A stretch of 63,522 nt of DNA, the filler included, from Octopus bimaculoides (Eukaryota): NCBI RefSeq assembly GCF_001194135.2. It is 6 parts of 4 records of this genome, joined end to end, with 100 filler letters (N's around TTAATTAATTAA, not from the genome) between each part and the next. Parts side by side here need not be neighbours in the genome. Positions count along the whole stretch, not along the records: positions 32,616 to 54,229 come from NC_068981.1; 5 more parts are not named here. One strand, given 5' to 3'. Position 1 is the first letter of the stretch, and the number at the start of each line of letters is the position of its first letter. The notes beneath the pieces are model-generated. The model was not told the origin of the DNA and made no database searches. It saw nothing but the letters and a program-made list of their open reading frames with translations. The position numbers were made by a program, and so were the translations under genes. Below are positions 39,206 through 52,687 of the stretch, piece by piece.

Positions 39206-39479
39206 TGCTCTCTCCTATTAGCTCAACTGTTTCATTGATGGAATGAAGTTTTGAAGAGGGCCTACAGTAGTCTTCCAACTGTCCCTTTGCATTTTGTTTT
39301 GTTTTTGAAGATTGCTGAGAATTTATCAGGTTCTGTGGCTGAGTTTAAGTTCATTTCATCAATGACTCATATTACATGAGTTTCCTTTATTTTGAATGTA
39401 ATAAATAATTGCTATCCCTCCAAGCAGAGCTGTAGTATTGAAGAACTTATCAGTCATAATTATTTGCAAGTATCTTCTC

Positions 39480-40530
39480 ACAAATGAGAAAACACTTTTG
39501 TATTTTATATTCATTATTTCACTTATCCTTTGGGAGTCCACAGTCAGTGAGCCATTTTCTTTGGCTTTACCTTGTATCATACTGAAGCAGACTTACAAAT
39601 CTATAGAAGGCTTTGGGGTTGGATATTACACTTTTTTTTAGAAACCTAACTTCTTTTTCTACTCTCTCCTTTTCATTGGAGTGTTAGAGTTCGCTTTCAA
39701 TCTCAAGCATTACTTGTTTGATATAAGATTCTTCACTGTTCTTTTGTAGTCCATTTAGGCATTTTGCGATCTTTGCTTGTCGTCACATTAGAATTTTCCT
39801 ATCCCTGGGTATTATGTTTCTTTGTTGGTTTGACATTCTCTCTGCAGCAAGTTTACTGCACGTCTTGCATGATTGTCATAAAGCTAAAACATGACACGGT
39901 TGTCATGTTGTAGTTTTATATCAATATTCTGTGTAGAGAGACTGGCAGACCAGTTTTGTCCCAAGACCTTTTTCTGATTACCTTTCCAATTAGCTTTATG
40001 GAAGTTCATGCTGGAAAAGTGCTGTGTTATTTGTGAAGAAGAGGTACAGGAAATGTTTACACTGTGTTGGGTGGAGCACTATTTGCTCCATGAATAAGAT
40101 CAACACTCTATCCCTCCTCACACAGTGACATACATAAGAGGAGGCGACCCTCAGGCCATTTAACATTAGAAAGGTTGAAGTCTTCTAGAATTATGTGAAA
40201 GCTGTTACCTTGCTTGTCTAATACCTCTTCTTCCTTTTTGAAGATCATTTTGAATGAGTCTCCATGATTTGGAGCATCTGGTGGGTGATATGTAGTACAT
40301 ATTGCTATTTGATATGTTTAATGTGTACTATCAGTATGCCACAAATTAGGTTTGAGTGTGACACCTTCCTGGATCAAAACTTCACCATAAGTTCTTTCTG
40401 TCTTATCGGTATGAAATACACCATACTACAATATGCATATCTCAGCATCTGCCACGTCCTGATGTGTCTCTGTTAGTGCCATGCATATTGCTTGATTACA
40501 CGCATCTCACTCTCTTATGTTTGGGGTTTG
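39480..40530 (-). mobile_element. CR1/L2-like LINE relic (AP endonuclease and linker), heavily decayed
   Basis: NQAICMALTET..DVADAEI..GVF; HIILEDFNLSNVKW; ENGSLTVDSQRISEIMNIKYKSVFS. Confidence 0.7.
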
Positions 40531-40543
40531 TGCTGGTGGGATG

Positions 40544-40570
40544 TTAGGGTTAGGGTTAGGGTTAGGGTTA
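40544..40570 (+). repeat. interstitial telomeric repeat (TTAGGG)4TTA
   Basis: Perfect repeats, direct reading. Confidence 0.9.
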
Positions 40571-43229
40571 CAAGGCCCTGGAATCAGTGATAATCATTTA
40601 GCCAATTTCCATACAAGGAGCATTGTTTTCATCTACTCAAACTGCCAGTTTCATTTAAAGGCAATGTTGTCCTTTGCATAGTTGGTTTTGCTGAGATTTA
40701 TGTTGTTCAGATGGGGAGGAAAGGAGGACAGGAAGATGTAGAGATAGATATACAGAGAGAGAGAGAGAGAGAGGGGAGGTAAAGAGGTAGTTGGGGAAAA
40801 GCTGAGAGAGGGAGAGGGAGATCAATGTAAATGGAGAGGAAGAGACAGAAAAGGAAAAACCAAGGGATAAGAGAAACACTGAGTGAGAGGAAGAGAGATA
40901 GATGGATGTAAATAGAGATGAATAGAGACACTTTAGATGGAGATAGCACAAAGACAGCGATAAAAATTCTTTTTGATATTAGACAATTTATATATATAAA
41001 AATTATTATTAGCATGTATCGAAGAAAGACAGAATAAAGGGAGAATAAACCTTTGTTTCTTATACCTTGAAACTCGTCGGAATAAAATGAAACAAAATTC
41101 TCCATGCTTTATCATGTTCTTCTCTTAATCTAAGGACCAATTTACGTGATCTGTTTTTGAAAAATGTGGATCTTTTCTGTTTGTCTTTCACTTTTCAATT
41201 TCTTCAATTTTGTTCCAATTCATTTCAAATTTAGCATTTTGATGTAGTTTTGTATGCTAATTATTTTTTCCATAAGTTAATAAATAAGAAGTTAAAAGCT
41301 TTTTAAATGGGGGAGCAGTCTACTTAACTGTTTGATACTGCTTCCTTTGCAGGATTATGGTGAATTAAGACACCTCACTTGAATTGTTACCTGGTTAGCA
41401 TCTGACATGTGACACACTACTGTGCGCCAGTACAGGCGATATTCTGTAGGTGAGGGGAGTGGTTTTCATGAGGTCCTCTATAATCAAATTCATAGTGCTG
41501 GTCATTCAGTAACAGAATGACAGAAATCAAAAGGAACAACAAAGAGGGGAGGAGAAGAGAGAGAGGGGGGAGGGAGGGAGAGAGGGGGAGGGAGGGAGAG
41601 ATAGAAGAAAAAAGACAAAGCTTGTGGCAATGCGGTGGTAGTGATGGAGACATGTGGAAAATACCATTAGCAGTCTCTAGATGGAGATTTGTACAAATGG
41701 TGGTAAGAAGTTGATGGCTGTTCTGTGAAACACATGTGAGCAATTTCATAGTTCTATAACGGGAAGAGTTCATAGGTCGCCATTTATAATGATGTGGTGT
41801 GGAAAGAAGAACGATAAGATTTAAATAAGTTGAAAATACGACGATTTATTCCTCTCATTATAATTGTAGGACCTCGTTTGGCCCCATCTGCCTGAGATTC
41901 GAAACTGAATCTGGAAATTCTCCCTAGCCATACGACCCATTATCCTGTCAAAAAGGAAGGATGATCAACTTAACTCATGGCTTTTCTGTGCTATGTAAAC
42001 TTCAGATAGATAGCAAATGACCTACATTAGTTTCGTCATGGTTATAACGGTATATCCATTTTCCTAGCTAGTCTGCACAATTATAAATACCAGTATTTTG
42101 TAAGGAAAAAGCAGTGGGTGAGAGAGACCGACAGAGATCAGGCCAATTGGCTTGAAAGACCATCTTGAGACAAAACGTCATTGAAGGACAGTTATGGAAT
42201 CCACCTGTGATACAGTTGTCTTGTCCACCCCTCTCTTACTTTCTCACTCACTTTCGTTTCAACAACATCACTTGAACTATTTAGTTACTGCTGCTAGAAC
42301 AGCAGAGAATATGGGAATATGTAAGTCCAACACTATATACTCTTTTACAAGAAAATATAACTCATTACCTTGTATGCTTTCCAACTATTTTTATACATGC
42401 CTGCCCGTCGTGGTTTGGCTTTAATTATATGTAATGGAGAAATAAATATGTTATCTACAACTTTGGCCACTGTCTTTCTTTCTTTGCCTTTAAGATAACA
42501 CTACTATTACATTCTGGTGACTCCAACCTCTCCACTACATAATAATAGAATATTTCCAAAAGGAATGATGTTAATACTACAATCTGGAACAAACATTCAA
42601 ATGACTTCAGTTCTGCTGGGTCGGAATCTGTAGTCTGTTGAATGTTGTCTGTTGTCTGTTGCTGCAACGATGAAGATGGGCGACAGCTGGTTGTAGAAAG
42701 CTGTGAGACAGGCTGGTATCTGGTCAATGGCAGCTGGTCTAAAGACTTGGAGCCAAAGAAACTCCTTTTTTTTATAACCATGGGTTGACTCCACAAGCAA
42801 AAAGGATTTTTCCTGCATTGGGAACAAACTCTGCTGCAAACTCACGATTGGACAGTTAAAATCAACCAATACCTGCAACTAATTTGGTCAACAACTGGGT
42901 CATGTGACTTGATGCTGAGAAAAGCTCTGGTCAGCTGATTTACTAGTATTTATGGTTAAAACAACTAAATTGACAAGATGTCTAATATTATAATAAAATG
43001 AATATTTTAAAACAGTTCTGCTACAGTTCGTATCCTTGTCTTTATTACCAAGCAGCCTTTTTAAAGACAAGTTTCTCATGTGTGGGAGGGACTAGAAAAG
43101 TATCCTAAAATTGTTTGCTCACTCATTCTTGTCATCTTACTGCAGATGACTGGATGTCCAGCCATGCAGTTGAAAAATTAAGAAACCAGAAATTTTTTTA
43201 AAAAATCAAATATTTTTGTACATTTACTT

Positions 43230-43700
43230 CAAGACCAGAAGAAATATTCAGAATAAAGATCAGCACTTGTTGCTCATGTCCTGAAAGAAAAGCATATCAG
43301 TATTGCTGCACTTTCAGAGATAAGAATCTCAGCATGTGGGCAGCTGAAGGAATAGACCAAAAGGCAACAAATGTCAATGTGACAACCATCGTGTTGTCTC
43401 ATGCCTTCCAATTACTGGAAAAATCCTTTCAAGAGTGACTTTAATAAGAATAGATACTGACTTGGTGAATGCTGTACCCTAAAAGCCAGTGCAGTTTCAA
43501 GGCTGACTGTGGAGATATGATATTTAGCATGTGGCAGATGAGGAAAAGGCCCTCAAGCAGGCCTTTGACATGGTATATCATGTGTTTGTGGTACCTGAAC
43601 AAGTGTTGAATGTGATTATAGCATTGCACAGGGACATGAAAGCCTCTGTCATCTCAAACAGAGATCAATCATAGCCATTTGGAGTGATGAATGATACGGT
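43230..43700 (+). mobile_element. old RTE/BovB-like LINE fragments (APE start + RT)
   Basis: RSALVAH.L...ISIAALSE; LPITGKILSRV; AFDMV; IIALHRDMKASV. Confidence 0.65.
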
Positions 43701-44132
43701 TGAGACGGTGGTTGTGGTAGTTGCTGCTGTTGCTGTGATGGTAACTGAAAATGTATTTCTTTGGCTGCGTGAAGAAGTAGCTAGCAACACTCGTGAGAAA
43801 ATGACAGACTATTATTGCACATACTATTTTTACAAATACTAACAGCAATAATTACATACCGGAAGAGACATCCTATTTGGGATTTACGATAAACTAACTG
43901 ATATAGCAACCTGTGGCTAACCCATGACAACAAGGAATCATAGATGTACACAAGGATGGATATTTTCGAGGAAGGATATGTTGTTGCAAAGATGAACGGA
44001 TGGGTGCATGTGGGCAAGATTTCATTCATGGATGCGTATATGGAAAGATGGTTAGATGGAGACTTGGATAACTGAATGCATAGGTGCATCGAAGGATGCA
44101 AGGATAAGTCGACAGATGCATGTTTGTATGTA

Positions 44133-44172
<40 letters not shown>

Positions 44173-44658
44173 AAGGGCATTATTACAGAAAAATAACAAC
44201 GCCACACGGTGGACTTCTCAAAATAACCACATTTAGTACCTAATGCGAGGAANNNNNNNNNNNNNNNNNNNNNNNNNNNNNNNNNNNNNNNNNNNNNNNN
44301 NNNNNNNNNNNNNNNNNNNNNNNNNNNNNNNNNNNNNNNNNNNNNNNNNNNNNNNNNNNNNNNNNNNNNNNNNNNNNNNNNNNNNNNNNNNNNNNNNNNN
44401 NNNNNNNNNNNNNNNNNNNNNNNNNNNNNNNNNNNNNNNNNNNNNNNNNNNNNNNNNNNNNNNNNNNNNNNNNNNNNNNNNNNNNNNNNNNNNNNNNNNN
44501 NNNNNNNNNNNNNNNNNNNNNNNNNNNNNNNNNNNNNNNNNNNNNNNNNNNNNNNNNNNNNNNNNNNNNNNNNNNNNNNNNNNNNNNNNNNNNNNNNNNN
44601 NNNNNNNNNNNNNNNNNNNNNNNNNNNTATATATATATATATATATGTATGTATAAGG

Positions 44659-46660
44659 TAATCGAGGTAGTTAGAGTGTGCGATAGAATACTTAAGATTA
44701 GATTAGTCCTTCACCATGGGTTAGCAACCATTATCTCGGCCTATGCCACTCAGCCTGGGCTACCCGATGGACAGAAAGACCAATTTTATGACTCCCTCCT
44801 GCAGACTACTTCATCCACGAATGACAGGGACCTTCTCTTTGTGGCTGGTGACTTCAATGGTCATGTTGGACAACATTCTGTGGGCTTCTATGGCGTACAT
44901 GGAGGCTATGGTTTTGGTTCCTGCAATGAGGAGGGAACCAGGCTGCTGGAGTTCTGTGATGCACTTGACCTTATGGTCTGCAATACTAACTTCAGGAAGC
45001 CTGCCAGCCACCTAGTCACCTACCGCTCCGGCAGACACTCTAGCCAAATTGACTACATCCTCGCCAGGAAAAGGGAAAGACGGCTGCTTATAAATGCCAA
45101 AACCTTCCCAGGCGAAGAATGTACCCCACAACATAGACTAGTAGTTAGTGACTTTAGGATCAGAGCTAAGTGGCTGCCCAGAAGACGACCAGCTTGGAGG
45201 AGAAGGGTATGGAAGCTCAAAGATCCTGCAAATGGACAGAGATTTAGAGACGGATTACTCGATGCCTTTGACGAAATAGAGGGGGATATAGCTTCACATG
45301 ATGTAGAAGACAACTGGACGTTTCTACGGGACAACCTGCTGAGGGCCACTGACCAGATCTGTGGATGGTGCAAAGTCCTCTCTTGACCGAAAATAATGTG
45401 GTGGTGGAACAATATTGTCGACAGGGTAATTAGGGAAAAGAAACAGGCCTGGAAGGACTGGAAGAACGGTGGTAGCAGGGAATTGTATCAGACTGCCAGA
45501 AGGGAAGCTAGGCGACAGGTATATTTAGCCAGAGGGAGGCAGATAAGAAAAAGTTTGCCAATGTTCTGCGCCGTGTGAACCAAAGACTTGAGGTATTTCG
45601 TGTTGCAAGACAGTGTGTGAGAGAGAATCATGATGTCGTGGGAGAGAAATGTGTTCGCATGGATGATGGTACGCTTGCACTAAACGAGGCTGCAAAGAAA
45701 GAGGTTTGGAGACGCCACTACGAAAGATTGCTCAATAAAGAGAATGAATAGGAGAAAGAGAGTCTGTGCGAGCCATGTACAGAGATGCTGTCAGTAAGGT
45801 GAGGGTTGGCAATGAGTACAGTGAAGAAATCCGGGTGGAGGTAGGGGTCCACCAAGGATCTGTCCTCAGCCCCCTCCTATTTATCATAGTCCTCCAGGCT
45901 AGAAGAGAGGAATTCAAAACNNNNNNNNNNNNNNNNNNNNNNNNNNNNNNNNNNNNNNNNNNNNNNNNNNNNNNNNNNNNNNNNNNNNNNNNNNNNNNNN
46001 NNNNNNNNNNNNNNNNNNNNNNNNNNNNNNAGATGGCCCTGCTCAGTATGTAGAAAAGGAGTAGGTAGTAACTCTATAAGATGTACCCGGTGCAAGCTAT
46101 GGACACATAAGAGGTGCAGCAATATCAAAGGCAGGTTAACTAGCAAGTTAGTTTTTGTATGTGGCAGATGTTCAGGTGCAATAATCACTGTAAATTTGCA
46201 GAAAACAACTTCTGTCACATTCCAGGGAAAAAAAAAAATAGAAATAGTTGATAGCTTCCGCTATCTAGGTGACCAAATTAGTAGTGGGGGAGGGTGTGCT
46301 GAAAGTGTAGCTGCTAGAATAAGAATAGCCTAGGCAAAGTTCCAAGAGCTTTTACCTCTGCTGGTGACAAAGGGCGTTGTTGCCAGTGCCGCTGGACTGG
46401 CTCCTTTTTAGGTGGCACGTAAAATACACCATTTTGAGCGTGGCCGTCGACAGTACCGCCTAACTGGCCTTCGTGCCGGTGGCACGTAAAAGCAGCCACT
46501 ACACTCTCGGAGTGGTTGGTGTTAGGAAGGGCATCCAGCTGTAGAAACTCTGCTAAATCAGATTGGAGACAGGTGTAGACATCTGGTTCACCAGTCCTCA
46601 GTCAAATCATCCAAGCCATGCTAGCATGGAAGGCGGACGTTAAACGATGATGATGATGAT
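44659..46660 (+). mobile_element. RTE-clade LINE, internally deleted: APE, partial RT, 3' UTR and (GAT)n tail
   Basis: ORF 44649-45386 has SAYA.Q, AGDFNGHVG, CNTNF, QIDYIL and QHRLVV motifs. RT motif GVHQGSVLSPLLF is present. 3' end gttggtgttaggaagggcatccagctgtagaaac...gttaaacgatgatgatg. Confidence 0.92.
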
Positions 46661-46681
46661 ATGTATATATATACATATATG

Positions 46682-46713
<32 letters not shown>

Positions 46714-46734
46714 TGTATATATATATATATACAT

Positions 46735-46775
<41 letters not shown>

Positions 46776-46776
46776 G

Positions 46777-49022
46777 CGTCCACAAATTGGAGTCCACACA
46801 TCTACACATTGGTCAGAAAGTCGGGGTCCACACATATCAAGTGTCCACAAATCGGGGTCCACAAAATTACGCAGTGGCCAGATATTAAGGGTTCACATAT
46901 GTATATAAGGTGGACAAAAAGTCGGTGTCCACACATTTACACAGTGGGCATAAAACTCGGAGACAACACATTTACAGAGTGGCCAGGAAGTCGGGGTCAA
47001 AACATTTACAGTGACCATAAAGTCGGGGTCAAAACATTTACACAGTGGCCATAGAGTCGGGGTCCAAACATTTGCACACTGACCATAAAGTCGGGGTCCA
47101 AACATTTACACAGTGGCCATAAATTTCGGGTCAGAGCATTTGCACACTGGCCATAAAGTCGAGATCCAAACATTTGCAGATGCCATAAAGTCGACAACCA
47201 AAAATTGAACACTGGCCATACAGTCGAGGGTCCAAACATTTGCACAGTTGCCATGAAGTCGGGGTCCAAACATTTGCAAACAGTGGCCATGGAGTCGGGG
47301 ATCAATAACATTTGCAAACTGGCCACAAAGTCGGAGACCAAAAATTTGCGCACTGGCCATAAGGTCGGGGAACAAACATTTGCGCACTGGCCATAAAGTT
47401 GGGGACCAAACATTTGCACATTGGCCACAAAGTTACGGACCAAACATTTGCACACTGGCCATAAAGTCGGGGTCCAAACACTTGCACACTGGCCATAGAG
47501 TCGGGGTCAAAACATTTACATAGTGACCATAGAGTTGGGGTTCAAACATTTACACGGTGGCCATTATGGCGTTGTCGAAACGTTTGCACACTGGCCATAA
47601 AGTCGGGGTCCAAGCATTTGCACACTGGCCATAAAGTCGGGATCCAAATATTTGCACACTGGCCATAAAGTCGGGGAGCAAACATTTTCACAGTGGCCAT
47701 GAAGTCGATGTCCAAACATTTACACAGTGGCCATAAATTCGGGGTCTAAAAATTGAACACTGGCTATAGAGTCGGGGTGCAAACATTTGCACACTGGTCA
47801 TAACGACAGGGTCCAAACATTTGCACAGTGGCCATAAAGTCGGGGGTCCAATGATTGACACACTGGACATAAAGTCGGGTTCCAAATATTTGCACACTGG
47901 CCATAAAGTTGGGAGTCAAAACATGTGCACACTAGCCATAAAATCGGGGACCAAAAATTGAATACTGGCCAGATAGTCGGGTACCAAAAACTGAACACTG
48001 GCCATAAAGTCGAGGACCTGAAATCGCACACTGGCCATAAAGACAGGGACTAAAAACTGATCACTGGTCATAAAGTCGGGGACCAAAAACTGCACACAGG
48101 CCATAAAGTCGGGGACCAAAAATTGAACACTGGCCATGAAGTCGGGGACGAATAACTGCACACTGGCCATAAAGACGGGGACCAAAAATTGCACACTGGT
48201 CATAAAGTCGGGGACCAAAAATTGCACACTGGCCAAGAAGTCCGGGACCAAAAATTGAACACTATCCATTAATTCGGGGAACAAAAATCGCACACTGGCC
48301 ATAAAGTAGGGACCAAAAATGAACACTGGCCATAAAGTCGGGGACGAAAAATCGCACACTTGCCATAAAGCCGAGGACGAATAATTGTACACTTGCCATA
48401 AAGACGGGGACCAAATATTGTACACTGGCCATAAAGTCGGGGACAAAAAATTGCAAACAGGCCATAAAGTCGGGGACTAAAAACTGATCACTGGTCATAA
48501 AGTCGGGGACCAAAAACTGAACACTGGCCATAAAGTTGGGGACTAAATACCGCACAGAGGCCATAAAGACGGGGGACCAAAAATTGATCACTGGCCATAA
48601 AGTCGGGGACCAAAAGTTGCACACTGGCCATAAAGTCGGGGACCAACAATTGCACACTGGCCATAAAGTCAGGAACCAAAAATTGTAAACTGGCCACAAA
48701 GTTGGGGACCAAAACTGAACACTGGCCATAAAGTCGGGGACGAAACATCGCACACTTGCCATAAAGTGGGGGACCAAAAATTAAACACTGGCCTTAAAGT
48801 CGGGGACCAAAAATGAAACACTGGTCTTAAAGTCTGGGACCAAATATTGAACCATGGCCATAAAGTCGGGGACCAAAAATTAAACACTGGACATAAAGTC
48901 GCGGACGAATAATTGCACACTGGCCATAAAGACAGGGACCAAAAATTGAACACTAGCCATAAAGTCGGGGACCAAAAAATTAAACACTGGCCATAAAGTC
49001 GGGGACCAAAATTTGAACACTG
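46777..49022 (+). repeat. satellite block A1: 34-bp monomers changing to 33-bp monomers
   Basis: CACTGGCCATAAAGTCGGGGTCCAAACATTTGCA (34 bp) on the left; CACTGGCCATAAAGTCGGGGACCAAAAATTG(A/C)A (33 bp) from about 47930. Confidence 0.95.
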
Positions 49023-50444
49023 AAAGAATGTAAGTACGTATGTAAGAACGAACGAACGAAAGAATTAACGAAGGAACGAACGAATGAACGAAAGAATTAA
49101 GGAACGACCGAACAAACGAATTAACGAACAAATGTAGGTACATACGTACGAACGAACGAACAAGCGTACATACGACTGAACAAACGAACGAACGAGCGTA
49201 TGTACGTACGTAGAAACAAACGAACGAACAAACACACGAAAGAACGAACGAAAGTACGTACGCACGAACGAACGAGCGAGCGAAAGATTGAAAGAACGAA
49301 CGAACGAACGAACGAACGTACAAAAAAACGAACGAACAAAGGAACGAAAGAACGAACGAAAGTACGAACGACTGAATGAACGAATGAACGAACGTAGGTA
49401 GGTATGTACGTGCGAACGACCGAACGAACATACGTAAGTAGGTACATATGTACGTACGAACGAACGAACAAACGAACAAACTAACGAACGCACGCTCGTA
49501 CGTACAAACGAACGAACGTACGTACGAACGAACGTACGATTAAACGAAAGAACGCACGTACGTACGAACGAACGAACGAACGAATGAAAGAACGAACGTA
49601 GGTACGTACGAACGAACGAACGAAAGTGCGTAAATAAAAACGAACAAACGAACGACAGTTCGTACGCACCTGCGAACGAAAGAAACGTCGAACGAACAAA
49701 CAAACAAAAGTACGTACCAACGAAAGAACGTACGAACGTACGTATATATATCCGTACATAGGAACGATCCAACAAGCGTACGTACGAACAAACGAACGAA
49801 AGAACGAACGAACGTACGTATGTACGTACGTACATAAGTATGAATGAACGAACGAACGAAAGAACGAACGAACGTACGTATATATATCCGTACGTAGGAA
49901 CGATCGAACGAACGTACGTACGAACAAACGAACAAAAGAACGAACGAACGTACGTATGTAAGTATTTACATAAGTATGTACATAGTATCAATGAACGAAC
50001 GAAAGAACGAACAAACAATCGAACGAACGAACGTACGTACGTACGAACGAACATACGTACGAACGAAGGAACGAACGAACTAATGAACGAACGTACGCAC
50101 GTCCAGACGTAGGAACGAACGAACGAACGAACGAACGAACGCACGAACGTACATTCGAACGAACGAACGAACGAATGCACGAAAGAAGGAACGAGCGATC
50201 GAAAAAACGAATTAACGAACGAACTTAGGTATGTACGTACAAACGAACGAACAAACGTACGTACGAATGAAGAAACGAACGAACGAACGTACGTACAAAT
50301 GAACGAACGAACGAACGAACAAACGAAAGAAGGATCGAACGATGGAACGAACGAACGAAGGAGCAAATGTACGAACGAACGAAAGTACGTACGTACGTAC
50401 GTACGACCGAACGAACGCAAGATTGAACGAACGAAGGCACGAAC
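49023..50444. repeat. (GAAC)n/(GTAC)n CpG-rich simple-repeat block S1
   Basis: Direct reading, with an internal ~140-bp duplication near 49735 and 49875. Confidence 0.95.
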
Positions 50445-52390
50445 GGGGACAAAAATCGCACACTGGCCATAAAGTCGGGGACCAAAACTCGCACATTGGC
50501 TATAAAGACGGGGACCAAAAATTGAACACTGGCCATAAAATCGGGGACCAAAAATCGCACACTGGCCATAAAGAAGGGGACCAAAAATTGAATAATGGCC
50601 ATAAAGAAGGGGACCAAAAATTGAGTACTGGCCATAAAGTCAGGGACCAAAAATTGAATACTGGCCATAAAGTCGGGGACCTAAAATTGTATGTACACTG
50701 GCCATAAAGTCGGGGACCAAAAATCGCACACTGGCCATAAAGTCGGGGACGAATAATTGCACACTGGCCATAAAGAAAGGGACCAAAAATCGCACATTGG
50801 CTATAAAGACGGGGACCAAAAATTGAACACTGGCCATAAAATCAGGGACCAAAAATTGAACAATGGCCATAAAGTAGGGGACCAAAAATCGCACACTGGC
50901 CATAAAGTCGGGAACCAAAATTGTACACTGACCATAAATCGGGGACCAAAAATCGCACACTGGCCATAAAGAAGGGGACCAAAAATTGAGCACTGGCCAT
51001 AAAGTCAGGGGCCAAAAATTGAACACTGGCCATAAAGTCGGGGACCAAAAATCGCACACTGGCCTTAAAGTCGGGGACGAATAATTTGCACACTATCCAT
51101 AAAGACGGGGACTAAAAATTGTACACTGGCCATAAAATCGGGGACCAAAAATTGAACACTGGCCATAAAGTCGGGGACGAAAAATTGCACACTGGCCATA
51201 AAGACGGGAACTAAAATTGTACACTGGCCTTAAAGTCAGGGATCAAAAATTGCACATTGGCGATAAAGTCGGAGACCTAGAATCTCACACTGGCCATAAA
51301 GACGGCGACCAAAAATTGTACACTGGCCATAAAGTCGGGGACCAAAAATCGCACACTGGCCATAAAGTCGGGGACTAAAAATTAAACACTGGCCATAAAG
51401 TCGGGGACCAAAATTAAACACTGGCCATAAAATCTTGGACCAATAATTGAAAACTGGCCATTAAGTCGGGGAACAAATATTAAACACTGGCCATAAAGTC
51501 GGGGACCAAAAATTATAGACTGTCCATAAGTCGAAGTCCTAACAGTGGCCATAAAGTCGGGGACAAGAAATTGAAAACGAGCCATAAAGTCGGGGACCAA
51601 AAATTGAACACTGGCCATAAAATCGAGGATCAGGTATTGAACACTGGCCATAAAGTCAGGGACCAACATAAAACACTGGCCATAAAGTCGGGGACTAAAA
51701 ATTAAACAGTGGCCATAATGTCGGGGACCAAATGTTGAACCATGGCCATAAAGTTGAGGACGAAAAATTAAACCCTGGACATAAAGTCGGGGACAAAAAA
51801 TTAAACATTGGCCATAAAGTCGGGGACCAAAAATAAACACTGGCCATAAAATCGGGCACCAATAATTGAACACTGGCCATAAAGTCGGGGAACAAATATT
51901 ATAGACTGTCCATAATCGGAGTCCTAACAGTGGCCATAAAGTCGAGGACAAGAAATTGAAAACGAGCCATAAAGTCGGGGACCAAAAATTGAACGCTGGC
52001 CATAAATTCGGAGATCAAATATTGAACACTGGCCATAAAATCAGGGACCAAAATTTGAACACTAGCCATAAAGTCGGGGACCAAAAATTAAACACTGGCC
52101 ATAAAATCAGGGACCAATAATTGAACACTGGCCATAAAGTCGGGAACCAAAAATTGAACACTTGCCATAAAGTCGGGGAACAAAAATTGAACACTGGCCA
52201 TAAAGTTGGGGTCCAAAAATTGAACACTGGCCATAAAGTCGGGGACAAAAAATTGAACACTGGCCATAAAATCGGGGACCAATAATTGAACACTGGCCAT
52301 AAAAGTCGGGGACCAAAAATTGAACACTGGCCATAAAAGTCGGAGACCGAAACTAAACACTGGCCATGAAGTCAGAGACTAACAATCGCA
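50445..52390 (+). repeat. satellite block A2 (33-bp monomer) with higher-order duplications
   Basis: The variant string tagactgtccataa..gtcctaacagtggcc..aaaacgagcc recurs at 51516 and 51902. Confidence 0.95.
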
Positions 52391-52687
52391 CGAACGAACG
52401 AAAGTACGTAAGTAAAAACGAACAAACATACGTACGTACGTAGGAACGAACGAACGAACGAAAACACGAACGAACGAACGAAAGTACGTACATACGAACG
52501 AACGAGCGAGCGAAAGATTGAAAGAAGGAACGAACGTACGTACGTATGTACGAACGAACGAACAAAGGAACGAAAGAACGAACGACAGTACGAACGATCG
52601 AACGAACAAATGAACGAACGTAGGTAGGTATGTATGTACGAACGACGGAACGAACGTTCATAAGTAGGTACATATGTACGTACGAAC
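52391..52687. repeat. (GAAC)/(GTAC) block S2, a copy of part of S1
   Basis: Shares gaacgagcgagcgaaagattgaaagaa and cgtaggtaggtatgt...aagtaggtacatatgtacg with 49200-49470. Confidence 0.9.

Noticed and set aside
42455-42620. Possible PIF1/Helitron helicase remnant (PFGNILLLCSGE) on the minus strand
   Set aside because: A single short motif-like match that I could not extend convincingly.
46373-46510. HDV-like ribozyme in the duplicated RTE 3' segment (GGCACG...CGTGCC-GG)
   Set aside because: P1 and P4 can be drawn, but there is no P2 and no proper catalytic J4/2; it is better explained as a ~66-bp tandem duplication.
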